The notes under the pieces were generated by a model, which had not been told where the DNA came from, did no database searches, and was given only the letters and a program-made list of their open reading frames with translations. Of a DNA stretch of 64,000 bases, positions 38,192 to 50,528 are shown piece by piece. The translations under genes and the position numbers were made by a program. Position 1 is the first letter of the stretch. Every line of letters starts with the position of its first letter. The stretch comes from Octopus vulgaris (taxonomy: Eukaryota), in NCBI GenBank assembly GCA_951406725.2, contig OX597838.1, positions 11,656,001 through 11,720,000 on the forward strand, in the 5' to 3' direction.

Positions 38192-38880
38192 AAAACCACA
38201 AGTTTTGTTAATTACAGCTTCCTAGGGTTTCATGGCTGAAACATTTATTTTGCCATTTTTCAAGCTAGAAACAAGACCGTTTGACAATTGCTTTAAAGCA
38301 GATGACATTTAAAACAAAGAATGCTCATATGGAAGGAGATGGAAAGAAAAACACAGAGGAAATAGCCAACATTACAATAGATAATGTTGAAAAAAATGTA
38401 AACAAAGATATTTACGATGTGTCCGGTGGCCTGTTTTTAAGTCTGCCCTAGATGTATTTCCTAAAATGTGGACATAATGAAAATATCTCATTTCTGGAAT
38501 TTACATAATCATCGAAGGTCCTTAAGTATTTTAAGAAATTTAGTTTCTTGAGAAAACATATAGAACATCATTTTCAGTCATTATGGTCTGGTTTTCAAAA
38601 GGATTTTGCATTTGGTGTCATAGTTGGTCTCTTCATCTTAAAGTTGCCAGATTAAAGCCAAAAGATTTATTGTGTGTCTTTTATCACAGTGTCTAATATT
38701 CGAAAGATGGTTGTTATATCAGGATTTAAATTTTCCTTCAACAGACCCAATATAACGCTTGATTTCTGTTCTACCATTGTCATAGTTTGCTGAGACCTAT
38801 GCAGCATAAACAACAGAGTATGTATTGCATTTCTACCCTAGAGGACATTTAGATTTGTCTCTCCATGTACATCCAGGTCA
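38190..38880 (-). mobile_element. Penelope-like element 3' fragment: decayed GIY-YIG endonuclease plus pLTR
   Basis: Minus-strand translation C..R.K..CPL...C....VVYAA.V......KRYIGSVEGKFK..YNNH...IWQL...NSRNEIFSLCPH, with stops. Ends at a (TA)n tract. Confidence 0.75.
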
Positions 38881-39243
38881 GGCTTGTGTTATTGGTTGCT
38901 TATTTGATATATGTTTTGATAAAAGTTGGTATTGTTTATCCAAAAATTGATGGGGTTAAAACAAAATAAAACAAAGAGAAGTTTTAAAGTTGGAAACAAA
39001 TGGAACATTAAAAAGAAGTCTTGTAAGTGAAAACAAGTTGGAAAGAGTCAAAAGACAGATGAAAATCAAGAACAAACAGACATGGAGTATAAATAGAAAA
39101 AAGTGTTTTCTGAATTTTGACAGAGACAGAGAAAATACTAGCATAGGAAGAAAAGTATAACAGGACTTTCATCTAAGAACAACCTGAACAGAAAGAAATA
39201 TTGGACACCTGGTGAGTGTGATAAAAGGCAAGCAGAAAGGTGT

Positions 39244-39645
39244 CATCTCATCATTGTTCGACCGTGGTCGAGACAATGGAATTTACCATGCTACGCCAGA
39301 CTTCACGGTCCATCATAGCATTACGGAGGTCCTGTTGCTGGATGCCTGTATCCCTGGAGATTACATCTGGGTAGGAGAGTGTGCGCCCCCTGGTATTGCG
39401 AGTAGATGGCTTCCTGAGGAGAAGAGTAGAAATTACCTCGTTTTCAGCTCTACAACAACGTCCAGCAAACTGGACTCTCCTACGTTTCACAAGAGATGAC
39501 ACAGGTGGTAGTTTCCCATATATTTGCACTTTGGTTGGATGACGCTTCCACGAAAGATTTTGAGCTCTCATAGGGAGGCGAGTGTAGGTTCCATCCAACC
39601 ACTTCTCAAGCTTTTTTTGATAACGTCCAGGTTTCTGAGCCATAT
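39244..39645 (-). mobile_element. Young 5'-truncated RTE-like LINE end
   Basis: YGSETWTLSKK...LDGTYTRL. TSD AGAAAGGTGT. Confidence 0.85.
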
Positions 39646-40784
39646 AGAAAGGTGTGGTTGATATCAGTAGGAGCAGGTGGTGGTGGGGAAGTCAAATGGA
39701 GAGTGAGTGACAGAAAGAAAATGGGTAAGGTAGAGAAAGAGAAAGATAATGAGAGAAAGAGGAGACGATGTAGACTGAATTACAGTGAAAGAAAACATAT
39801 CAGAAATCAGATACAATGAAAAAAAATCACTCTAAATGCTGGAACTGAAAATCAGAATAATGGTGGAAGAGCATTATGATGTTTAACGGAAGGAACAAAA
39901 AAGCAAACATGGATGAACTCATTTCAGCTGTCAACTTTTTACCCAGAGTCATTACAATTTCAGCACTTGGAAGAAGTTGGTATCATATATCTCAAAAGTG
40001 CTTGGGTTCAAGCAAGCAAAACAAAATGAAAGTAAACAGGACAGAGAGAAAAGACTGTCTGTCTGTGTAGTATCAATCTATATATCCATCCAACCAACCA
40101 TCATTTATCTACCACTGCCTAAAATATCTCTCCTTTGGAACACGATCCAAATTGCTTCTTTTTAATTTGGTCTTTATTCTAGCAGCGGTAGCAGTGGTGG
40201 TGGTGGTGGAATGGCAGAATATTTGGTTTGTAGGTACCAAGCAACAGCAGAAGCAGCTGTAGTGGTAGTGGTAGTGGTGGTGGCAGTAGCATTAGTAGTA
40301 GTAGTAGTTTGAACCACTGTATCAACATCAATTCCATCAAGCAGTTAGATTTTTGTTTCACCATTTTGTTGCCTAGCAATCTGCCATTTCCCTGCATCCT
40401 CTCTCTCTTATGTCTGTGTGTCTGCTTGTTGTGTCTCTCTTTCTCTTTCAGCAATATCTATGTATGCGCATGCATCTGTGCATTTATGTGTTTGTGAATG
40501 TCTGTGTCTATGCATGTATTCCTCTGTGTGTGTCTATATGTGTGTTTGTGTGTGTACATATGTATGTGTATGTCTGTATGTTTGTGTACATTTGTGTATC
40601 TGTTGTGTCTCTCTCATCATCTGTCTACGTATGTGTATCTGTCGTTCTGTCTCTCTCTGTGAAATTACAAACCATTAACTACTATATAATGCCAGCTAAG
40701 CCGTTTATTGAATGAATTATTTATCTCTATGACGTTACCAATAAATTCAGGCAATTCCTTCATCTGTTCTTTACTAACGGTTAA

Positions 40785-41100
40785 GAAATTGTTGGTTTGC
40801 TGGCACTATGGAATGGTAGAATATTCAAGGAACAAGGGAACGGTTGGTTTAATGGTACCATGGAATGGCAGAATATTTGGTTTATAGGTACCAAGGAATA
40901 GTGGAACAGTTGGTTTGCTAGTGCCAAAAAAGAGTGAGGGAACAGTTGGTTTATTGGTGTTGAAGAATGGAAAAATTGGTTGGGTTACTGGCAATGAGGA
41001 ATGGCAGAATGATTGATTTGTTGGTAGCAAGGAATGGAAGAATAATTAGCGCTATTGGTGTCAAGGAATGGTAGAATGGCTGACTTGCTAGTAGTGAGGA
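40785..41100 (+). repeat. Degenerate ~30-33-bp tandem repeat
   Basis: Recurring GGAATGG(C/T)AGAAT...TTGGTTT...GTACCA. Isolated unit at ~40207-40240. Confidence 0.7.
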
Positions 41101-41593
41101 ATCATGCTAAAATAGGTGTGTCATTGAATAACATAACACACACAAAATATTTGCTCAATGGGTCATTGCCTGTTTACATATGTACTGATGTACTTTTCAT
41201 CAGCTGACATACTTTATACAAGAGGCCTGCAGACAACAACAGAGAAGCGTTGCAGAGAGTCTCTCCTGCTTTCTCACACGTTCTCTTTTTTTGCTTACAC
41301 GATGTGCGATGCTGTAAGTCAGCTAGCAAGGCAGCAAGCAAGCCAGCTTGCCAGGGACCTCTCTCTCCTACATCCCATCATAAAGTTGTTTGTTTGTTTG
41401 TTTCATATTGCATTTGATGAATAATAGAATTTATTAGTTGTAGGTTTAACAATGTTTCCACTGGTTCGGTGCATTTTAGCGAGAGGGTGTTTTGGGAACT
41501 CGAGTAGATCAAATATCAGGCAGAACATTTATTTATGTGCAAGAGAACCAGTTTGGGTTTTTTTTTTTTTTTAGCCAATGGTGTGCATGCATG

Positions 41594-41630
<37 letters not shown>

Positions 41631-41663
41631 ATGTGTGTGTGTGCATGTGTGTGTGTGTGTGTA

Positions 41664-41698
<35 letters not shown>

Positions 41699-41713
41699 GT
41701 GTGTGTGTATGTG

Positions 41714-41750
<37 letters not shown>

Positions 41751-42569
41751 CATTCACTTAACATCCGTTTTCCCCCCGTAATAGCATGACTTTAAATGAG
41801 TTGTCATTAGGGGCATTGTTTTTACAGTGCTAACTCTTACCTACTTTACAAGACAGAAATCTCTTATTTCACATGGCTTTGAATGCGTGAAGTGAGCAAA
41901 CAAGTTATTGCCACGAAAAGTACCAACAACAATGCTACTTGAATGTCGTGACTTTTGAATAAGATGAGCGCAGATGTAAACACACACACACACACACGCA
42001 CACACACACATGCACACACACACATGCACACACACACACACACATGCACACACACACATGGTGTTTCTTTTCAGTTTCCACATTTGCTCACGGTCCAGGA
42101 CTGTTGCAGAAGACACAAGGCCAAGGTGCAGTGCAGTAGGACTGAACCTGAAACCACATGGTTAAAAAGGCTGTGTAATAAGAAATTTGCTTCCCAGTCA
42201 CATCATTCCAAGTTGAGTCCCACTGCCTGGCACCTTGGGCAAGTGTCTCCTACTTTCGGCTGACCAAAGCCTTGTGAATGGATTTGGTTAATGGAAACCG
42301 AAATAAGTCTGTTGTGTGTGTGTGTATTATGTATGATACAAATAAGATTATAATTTATTTCTGAATGCAGAAACACTGTTAGAACAGCCAAAATATTGGG
42401 TAAATTACTCTTAAAAAGCAGAAAAGGGTAATCTACCCAATACTTCTATCATTCTAATAGTGTTTCTGTGTTTGAAAATAAATTATCATGTTATTTGTAT
42501 CCTACAATACACATTTTGATGCTTATAAAAAAAACAAATGTTACTTTGTTTATATTTTTATACACATAG

Positions 42570-42605
<36 letters not shown>

Positions 42606-42791
42606 TTCTTAACGAAATCATAACGATGTTTTGAGAAATTTGAAAAGTTAAACACGAAACCGGTAATTTCTTCAAAAACTATGTCACTGTATGAAAAAAA
42701 TTTAAAACAATCCTCTGACATAATGACTCAAATATATATTTTTTAACCTTTTAAAACAAGCCTTCTGTAGTTTTTTTTACTTTTTACTATT

Positions 42792-42830
<39 letters not shown>

Positions 42831-42833
<3 letters not shown>

Positions 42834-43164
42834 GTTGTTTATGGGGAGAGCCATTCTATTTTAGTGCCTCATAATTTAACACACTCACTGGTAAAATTTC
42901 CACTCAATTTCCTTCTTTATATTTCTAAAATTTTTGTTGCATCTTGCAACCCTTTCAATAGTTTTGAGAGTCAAAACTACTGAAAGGGTTGCAAGATGCA
43001 ATGAAAATTTTAGAAATATAATGAAGAAATTGAGTGGAAATTTTACCAGTGAGTGTGTTAAATTATAAGGCACTAAAATAGAATGGCTCTCCCCAGACAC
43101 AACAGAATATGCTTCAACATATGAACTCACATAAAGAATCTTGCAAACCAAATCCAAAAGCGAA
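42831..43164. mobile_element. Fold-back element (~137-bp arms 42831-42967 / 42971-43106, 3-nt loop) in (TA)n
   Basis: Near-perfect inverted repeat plus an ~58-bp unique extension. Same architecture as 6642-7071. Confidence 0.65.
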
Positions 43165-43205
<41 letters not shown>

Positions 43206-43245
43206 TACATATATATGTGTGTGTATATGTATATATATGTGTGTG

Positions 43246-43294
<49 letters not shown>

Positions 43295-43326
43295 ATATAT
43301 TAATGTGTGTATATGTTGTATATATA

Positions 43327-43940
43327 CAGGGGTTGGACAAAATAATGGAAACACCTAGCAACATAACATCATAATTTTGAAATATCTATAAAACCGTCAA
43401 AAGCTTGTTTATTTTTATGTTTTTTTGATTTATTATTAGTGTTGCTTAATATGTTTTGCTAAAATTGCTGTTTCTTTTAAGATACCACCAGAAAAAGGTA
43501 ATTAAAATTCTTTAAAGTGACAGATCTATCAGACTTTCAAAGCGGTAAAATTGTTGGTGCTTGTATGGCAGGCGCTAGCATAACAAAAACAGCTGAAATG
43601 TTTGGTGTATCAAGAAGTACTGTCTTGAAAGTAATGACAACCTTAGAAAAAGAGGGAAAAACCTCCTTGTCGAAACAAAAAACTCTGGAAGAAAATGAAA
43701 ACTTTCAGATAGGGACATTTGGACTCTTACACGAATTGTTAGAAAGGATCACAAGAAGGCTGCAATCAGAAAACCACTGATTTCAAAAACAAACGTTGCA
43801 AAGCATTTAGGGTAGAGTAAAAACCTACAGAATTGCTCCCTAGAATAGTGGAAGAATGTTATTTTCTTGGACGAGTCATCCGTTACCTTATTCCTGACCA
43901 CCGGCCGAGTGTTTGTGTGGAGATAGCCAAAAGAAGCATA
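43327..43940 (+). mobile_element. Tc1-like transposon 5' fragment (decayed transposase)
   Basis: TA|CAGGGGTTGGACAAAATAATGGAAACACC TIR. HTH region DLSDFQSGKIVG...AEMFGVSRSTV, then WKNVIFLDES. Truncated by a LINE fragment. Confidence 0.85.
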
Positions 43941-44525
43941 CCAACTTCAGGAAACCTGCCAGTCACCTAGTCACCTACTGTTCTGGCAGACACACTAGCC
44001 AAATTGACTACATCTTCATCAGGAAAAAGGGAAAGATGGCTGCTTATAAATGTCAAAACCTTCCCAGGCGAAGAATGTACCCCTCAACATAGACTAGTAG
44101 TTAGCGACTTCAGGATCAGGGCTAAATGGATGCCCAGAAGACGACCAGCATGGAGGAGAAGGGTCTGGAAGCTTAAAGATCCTGCAAATGGACAGAGATT
44201 TAGAGACGTATTACTCGAAGCCTTTGATGAAATAGAAGGGGATATAGCATCACATGATGTGGAAGACAACTGGAGGTTTCTACGGGACAACTTGCTGAGA
44301 GCCACTGACCAGATCTATGGATGGTGGAAAGTCCCCTCTCGGCCCAAGGTAACGTGGTGGTGGAACAATGTGGTTGACAAGGCTATTAGAGAAAAGAAAC
44401 AGGCTTGGAAGGACTGGAAGAACGGTGGTAGCAGGGAATTGTATCAGACTGCCAGAAGGGAAGCTAGGAGACAGATTTATTTAGCCAGAGGGGAAGCAGA
44501 TAAGAAAAAATTACCAATGTTCTGC
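43940..44525 (+). mobile_element. RTE LINE endonuclease/linker fragment
   Basis: ORF 44004-44579: GEECTPQHRLVVSDF...WKLKD...TWWWN..V..AI.EKK.AWK.W. Confidence 0.8.
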
Positions 44526-44569
44526 ACCAAATCTCCCCCCCCCCCCACATCATCATCACCATCTCCACC

Positions 44570-44921
44570 AACCACATAGTTCTGGGTTCAGTCCCACTGC
44601 GTGGCACCTAGGGCGAGTGTCTTCTGCTATAGCCTTGGGCTGACCAAAGCCTTGTGAGTGGATTTAGTTGATGGAAACTGAAAGAAGCCTGTCGTATATA
44701 TATTTACATGTGTTTGTGAGTGTTTGTGTGTCTGTGTTTGTCCCACCACAATCGCTTGATAACTGATGCTGGTGTGTTTACGTGTAACTTAGCGGTTCAG
44801 CAAAAGATGCCGATAGAATAAGTGCTAGGCTTACAAAGAATAAGTCCTGGGGTCAATTTGTTCAACTATAAAGGCAGTGCTCCAGCATGGCTGCAGTTAA
44901 ATGACTGAAACAAGTCAAAGA
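44570..44921 (+). mobile_element. SINE family A, 5'-truncated
   Basis: Ends ~50 bp upstream of exon 2. Confidence 0.85.
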
Positions 44922-44969
44922 ATTGCATTGGATATTTTGTTTAATCAATTTGCTTGCATTATTTTTCAG

Positions 44970-45076
44970 ATCCATGAATACCAGTTATGCACTGGGGAAT
45001 CTGAGGTAGTGTTGACTAACAACACATGGCATTGTCATCGGTTATGTGAACATCTTGATCATGCATTTCTCCATGG
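44970..45076 (+). CDS. PLEKHM2: PLEKHM2 exon 2, RUN domain (IHEYQLCTGESEVVLTNNTWHCHRLCEHLDHAFLHG)
   Basis: ttttcAG acceptor, GTAAGT donor, phase 0 to 2. RLCEHLDHAFLHG matches SKIP RLCEHLDHALLYG. Confidence 0.93.
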
Positions 45077-45135
45077 GTAAGTCATATCTTCATTTAAATC
45101 TAAATCACCTCTGTCATCATTATCATCATCATTAA

Positions 45136-45354
45136 CCCTTTAGTGTTCAGATTATTCTATCAAACATAATGCTTATTGATTCCCACTGATTTGAATTAAT
45201 CATGCATTTTCTCATATCTTCAAGATCTTGATGGTGTAATTACTTAATGTAGAATAACATTGTAGGGTAAGTGTGAGGGCCTGGATCTGGTCAGTTTGAA
45301 CATAAAACAGATTAAATATTTTGGCCAGATATGGCCGGTTTAAATACTAAAGGG
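45136..45354. mobile_element. TTAA-targeting MITE, same family as 10916-11134
   Basis: Same TIRs, TTAA TSD and internal sequence. Confidence 0.8.
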
Positions 45355-45479
45355 TTAAACATCAGTTTTCCAATGCTGGTGTAAGCTAGATGGTTTGACA
45401 AAATCTGACAAGCTAAAAAGGGACTGCATCAAGCTCCTATGTCTGTTTTCACACGGTTTTCTGCTGTTACCAATGGTAG

Positions 45480-45765
45480 TCTGTGGGCTGATAGTGGAGT
45501 GCTTGAAACTTATCAGCATTGAATTGCATGTTATTTTCATCTGCCCATTTGTATATTGCATGTGGGTCATTTTGCAGTTTTGGTATATCATCAGGTTCCT
45601 TGACACCCTGAGGTACTGTTGTATCATCAGCATAGCTGGTGGGAGTGGCTGACTGTATGACAGAGGGCATGTCTGAGAGAGCCACTATGAACAATAGCAG
45701 AAAATGTTTTTCTAGTGACACCAGCAATAAAAGCAATTTCAGAATGACAAACACTCTTACCATAT
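45480..45765 (-). mobile_element. CR1-like RT fragment
   Basis: SYADDT...LQND..AIYKWADENNMQFNADKF. Confidence 0.75.
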
Positions 45766-46089
45766 TTGGAAGAAGTCAATCTGTTGTTAATTTAGTTAAC
45801 CTAAGCCACTCCTGCGCCATTGTCATAGGCACAGGAGTGGCTGTGTGGTAAATAGCTTGCTTACCAACCACATGATTCTGGGTTCAGTCCCACTGTGTGG
45901 CACCTTGGGCAAGAGTCTTCTGCTTTAGCCTCAGGCCGACCAAAGTCTTGTGAGTGGATTTGGTAGACGGAAACTGAAAGAAGCCTGTCATATATATATA
46001 TATATGTATGTGTGTGTATATGTTGTGTATCGGTGTTTGTCCCCCTAACACCGCTTGACAACCGATGCTGGTGTGTTTAGGTCCCAATA

Positions 46090-47486
46090 ACTTGGTCATT
46101 TGTCATTGCCTCCATGAAGCTCAACACTTGAAAAGTGATTATTACTGCCACCGGCACAGGTGCCAGTTTTGTGCCACTGGCATCAGCCACATTACTTCTA
46201 TTAAACTTAACACATGACAGGTGCTTTTTGTGTGCCACCGGCATGGGTGTAGGTATGCAACATTGGCATCATCCACAATGCCTCTATGAAGCCCAACACT
46301 CGACAAGCATTTTTTTACAATTTCACTTAGCTTGATGGGTCTTCTTGAGCATTGCCTATTGCCAAAGGTCTCGATCACTAGTCATTGCCTCCTTGAGGCC
46401 CAGCATCCAAAGATCATTCTTCACCATCTCGTCCCATGTCTTTTTGGGTCTATCTCTTCCACAGATTCCCTCCATGGTTAGAAATTGGTATTTCCTTACA
46501 CAGCTGTCCTCATACATATGCATCACATGACCATATCAGTGTGGTCATCTCTTTTGCACACTAGTATTGCACCTACAGCAAAGCATGCTTGCTTAATTTC
46601 TTTCAAGCCTACACATGTTCCCTGTGGCCACAGCCCATGTTTCACAGCTGTGTAGCACAGCTGTTCACACACAGGCATCACACAGACTGCTTTTCACTCT
46701 GAGAGAGAGGCCCTTTGTTGCCAACAGAGGTGGGAGCTCTCTGAACTTTGCTCGGACTATTCTTATTCTCACTGCTATGCTCTCGAGGCATCCATCTCCG
46801 CTACTAACTTGGTATCCCAGATAACAGACACTATCAATTCCCTCTAGCTTACCCCACTGGCATTAGATGAAGTCTATTTTTTGTACATTTTTAGTGTTTA
46901 TTGTACCTGTGCACCTTCCACACACAAAACCTATTTTCCCAGTTCACCTCCCTCTAATATTGCTGCACCTCTTATGTGTCCATAGCTTGCATCAGGTACA
47001 TCTTATGGAGTTTTTGTCTACACCTTTTCTACAGATCGAGCAAGGCCATCTACCTGATGGGATTTGTGATTTTCTACTCTCTTACTAAGACTTTAGTTTT
47101 TGCTAGGGTAACTCTAAGGCCCTTCGATTCTAGACCTTGCTTCCACACCTGCAACTTCTTTGCTAGTTCTGGTAGTGATTCAGCTATAAGAACAAGGTCA
47201 CCAGGATATAGCAGCTCTTAGGGGCAGCCCGTTTTAAATTCCGCTATTATTGCCTGGAAGACAATGATGAACAAGCGGGGCTGAGGATTTATCCCTGGTG
47301 AACCCCTATTGTACTCTAAATTCATCACTATATTCATTGGCAACCCTCACTTTACTGACAGGATCCCTGTACATGGCTTGTACAGCTCTTACCAACCACT
47401 CATCTATCTCTAGTTTCCTCATTGACCACCAGAGAAGGGATCGGAAACCCTGTCAAAGGCTTTCTCTATGTCAACAAAAGCCAAAT
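46090..47486 (-). mobile_element. RTE-clade LINE, same family, decayed
   Basis: Alignable to 19300-20604. Retains CSICRKGV...C..CKLWTHKRC...CGRC. Confidence 0.85.
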
Positions 47487-48022
47487 ACAGAGGTTTGTCT
47501 GTATTAATAAAATAATATTGCAAAATTCTGCTTTCTTTTTGTTACCCCGTTATATGTATGCATGCATATATGTATGTATGTATGCATGCACACACGACAT
47601 ATTTCCCACTGTTACATGTGTATGTATGTATATATGCATACATTTATATGCATGTATATGCATGCATGAATGTACATATGTATTCATGCACACAGGACAT
47701 ATTTCCCACTGTTACAGATTACCAAACTCACTCACAAGGCACTGGTTTGGTCAGGGCTATAGTAGAAGAACTTGCCCAAGGTGTTGCACATTGGGACTGA
47801 GCCTGACACCATATGGATGAAAAGTGAACCTCTTAACCACCCATCCATGCCTGCACCTATATTTCCTAACGTCAATGTTATGAAGGGTATCCTGTCATAG
47901 AAACCAAGCCTATGTAGACATTGAAGCTTGGCACAATTTTCTGGCTTGTTAGCTCCTAATTAGCTGTCTAACCCATGCCAGTATGGAAAATAGATGTTAG
48001 GTGATGATGAAGATGAAATATA

Positions 48023-48340
48023 TGTGCCGGTGGCACGTAAAAAGCACCATCCGATTGTGGCCGTTGCCAGCCTCGTCTGGCCCCCGTTCTGGTGGCACGT
48101 AAAAAGCACCATCCGATCGTGGCCGTTTGCCAGCCTCGTCTGGCACCTGTGCAGGTGGCACGTAAAAAGCACCCACTACACTCACGGAGTGGTTGGCGTT
48201 AGGAAGGGCATCAAGCTGTAGAAACACTGCCAGATCAGACTGGGCCTGGCACAGCCTTCTGGCTTCCCAGACCCCAGTTGAACCGTCCAACCCATGCTAG
48301 CATGGAAAACGGACGTTAAACGATGATGATGATGATGATG
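48023..48340 (+). mobile_element. Truncated RTE 3'UTR copy with internal tandem units (others at 8678-8851, 31015-31310, 55988-56356, 59858-60003)
   Basis: AAAAGCACCATCCGATCGTGGCC units, then TAGGAAGGGCATC...GTTAAAC(GAT)n. Matches the end of the LINE at 18824-19300. Confidence 0.85.
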
Positions 48341-48545
48341 ACAGCAAACAGTTTCTGTCTTCCAAATTTCACTCATAAGGAAGGCATTGATGAATCTGAG
48401 TTTATGAGAGAAGACATTTGGTCAGGGTTCCACTCAGTGACATTGCAAATGGAATCACCTGGTTGCAGATTGAACTTATTAACCATACAGCCATGCATAC
48501 ACCTATACACACAAGTAAGAATAATTACATTATAATAATATACAA

Positions 48546-48775
48546 GGCGGCGAGCTGGCAGAAACGTTAGCGCCCCGGGCGAAATGCTTAGCGGTATTTC
48601 GTCTGACGTTACGTTCTGAGTTCAAATTCCGCCAAGGTAGACTTTGCCTTTCATCCTTTCGGGGTCGATAAATAAAGTACCAGTTTCGCACTGGGGTCGA
48701 TGTAATCAACTTAATCCATTTGTCTGTCCTTGTTTGTTCCCTCTATATTTAGCCCCTTGTGGGTAGTAAAGAAAT
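48546..48775 (+). mobile_element. SINE family B
   Basis: Head GGCGGCGAGCTGGCAGAAACGTTAGC...GAGTTCAAATTCC. Ends ~30 bp before exon 3. Confidence 0.9.
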
Positions 48776-48806
48776 ACATAATAATATACTTTCTTATACT
48801 CCTTAG

Positions 48807-48916
48807 GTTACGCCATATTACTCATGGCTATTGGAAGCTGGTCACTGAATTTACACGGAAGGAAGCTGTGAAAGAGATAAAACATCTACAGAGAATAACC
48901 ACAGATTTAGGCCGAG
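48807..48916 (+). CDS. PLEKHM2: PLEKHM2 exon 3, RUN domain (LRHITHGYWKLVTEFTRKEAVKEIKHLQRITTDLGR)
   Basis: ccttAG / GTAAGT, phase 2 to 1. GYW.LV..FTR.EA...I..LQ...T.LGR pattern. Confidence 0.93.
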
Positions 48917-49041
48917 GTAAGTGCTCAACCTAATAAAGGTAGCTGGATACTAAAACAGTTAGCCTTTGGTGTATAGCTTCCTCTCCTGGTGGGATTAACT
49001 TTCCAGGGAAAGTGTGTAATGTCTTTAACTCTTTTTAATCT

Positions 49042-49444
49042 TTTTTTTACTCTTTTTACTTGTTTCAGTCATTTGACTGTGGCCATGCTGGAGCACCGCC
49101 TTTAGTCGAGCAAATCGACCCCAGGACTTATTCTTTGGAAGCATGGTATTTTATTCTATCAACCTCTTTTGCCGAAACGCTAAGTTACGGGGATGTAAAC
49201 ACCCCAGCATCGGTTGTCAAGCAATGTTGGGAGGACAAACACAGAGACACAAACACACACACGCACATATATATATATATACATATATACGACGGGCTTC
49301 TTTCAGTTTCCGTCTACCAAATCCATTCACAAGGCTTTGGTCGGCCCGAGGCTATAGTAGAAGACACTTGCCCAAGGTGCCACGCAGTGGGACTGAACCC
49401 AGGACCATGTGGTTGGTAAGCAAGCTACTTACCACACAGCCACT
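49042..49444 (-). mobile_element. SINE family A
   Basis: Near full-length, ~125 bp downstream of exon 3. Confidence 0.9.
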
Positions 49445-49917
49445 TTAACAAAAATTATTCTGTAAAAGATGTTTTCTAAAAACTGCTTTATGCCTATTTT
49501 CCTATGGGTGAGAGGATTTATTATAAGTTCATAACATAATTGTTTTATTCCTTTGTCATTTCAAATTTCTGTTTTAGTTTTAATTATGGAGGGATTTAAT
49601 GAGATAATTACCTTTATCATTATTAAAGCCTTTGATTACTCTCTTATGTTTTGCTCAAAACATTTAGCTTTTTGTTATTCAAGACAAATATCAATAGCTT
49701 TGACCCCACAGGTCTTAGAGAACTTGTAACAATCAGCTCCTTCTTCCCGTCTTTAAAGGCCTGTACTGACCAAGGACACAGTCCCTTACTCCAGTCTAAG
49801 AGATCCTGTGAAGGATATGGGCACAACCCTTTTCTTCAGACCTAATCAGAAAAGCAGAAGGGAAAAAGCCCATGTTTAGAACATAACTGAACAGGTTTTT
49901 ATGAGGAACGATTTTAA

Positions 49918-50138
49918 CCCTTTTGTTACCAACCCGGCCAAAACCGGCTCTGGCTCTGTAGTACAAATGTCTTGTTTTCATAAGTTTTTCATTAAAATAT
50001 ACCACCAAACCTTAGTCGCAAGTTATGTTCCTAACACTAGCTTAATGATAATTAAATTATTTTACTAAATTCTTTGTTATATGTAAAATAATTGAAAGAA
50101 ACACAGAGCATCTCAAAATAAATACAGTAATGAAAGGG
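49918..50138. mobile_element. TTAA-type MITE (different family)
   Basis: ttaa|CCCTTTTGTTAC ... GTAATGAAAGGG|ttta, imperfect TIRs. Confidence 0.6.
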
Positions 50139-50399
50139 TTTAATATGAACATTTTAAATCAAAAAGATTTTATTTGAAAGGAGAAGAAATTGTCTCATGC
50201 AATTTTGTACCAAGAGAGTTAAAAATATAAGTTTCAAATTTGAGAAATGCTTCTTTTCAGTTTTTTTTTTTACCGAAATAGGTCATTTTTTTTTTAGATT
50301 TATGTTCTCTGTATTATTAAAAGGGATTTAAGGAAGATAATTTCTTTAAACCCTATGGATTTCTAATGTGTTACTAAAATTCTTATTTGTTTTATACAG

Positions 50400-50524
50400 G
50401 TCGTGCCTGGCTATTCCTCGCATTAAATGAGAATTTATTGGAAAGTTACATGAGATGTTTCTTAGAAAATACTAGTGTTGTCAAGAAATACTATGTACGG
50501 GAAGCTTTGGTACTTGATCAACAG
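50400..50524 (+). CDS. PLEKHM2: PLEKHM2 exon 4, RUN domain (GRAWLFLALNENLLESYMRCFLENTSVVKKYYVREALVLDQQ)
   Basis: tatacAG / GTAGGT, phase 1 to 0. Canonical RUN motif RAW...ALNE..L..Y. Confidence 0.95.
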
Positions 50525-50528
50525 GTAG

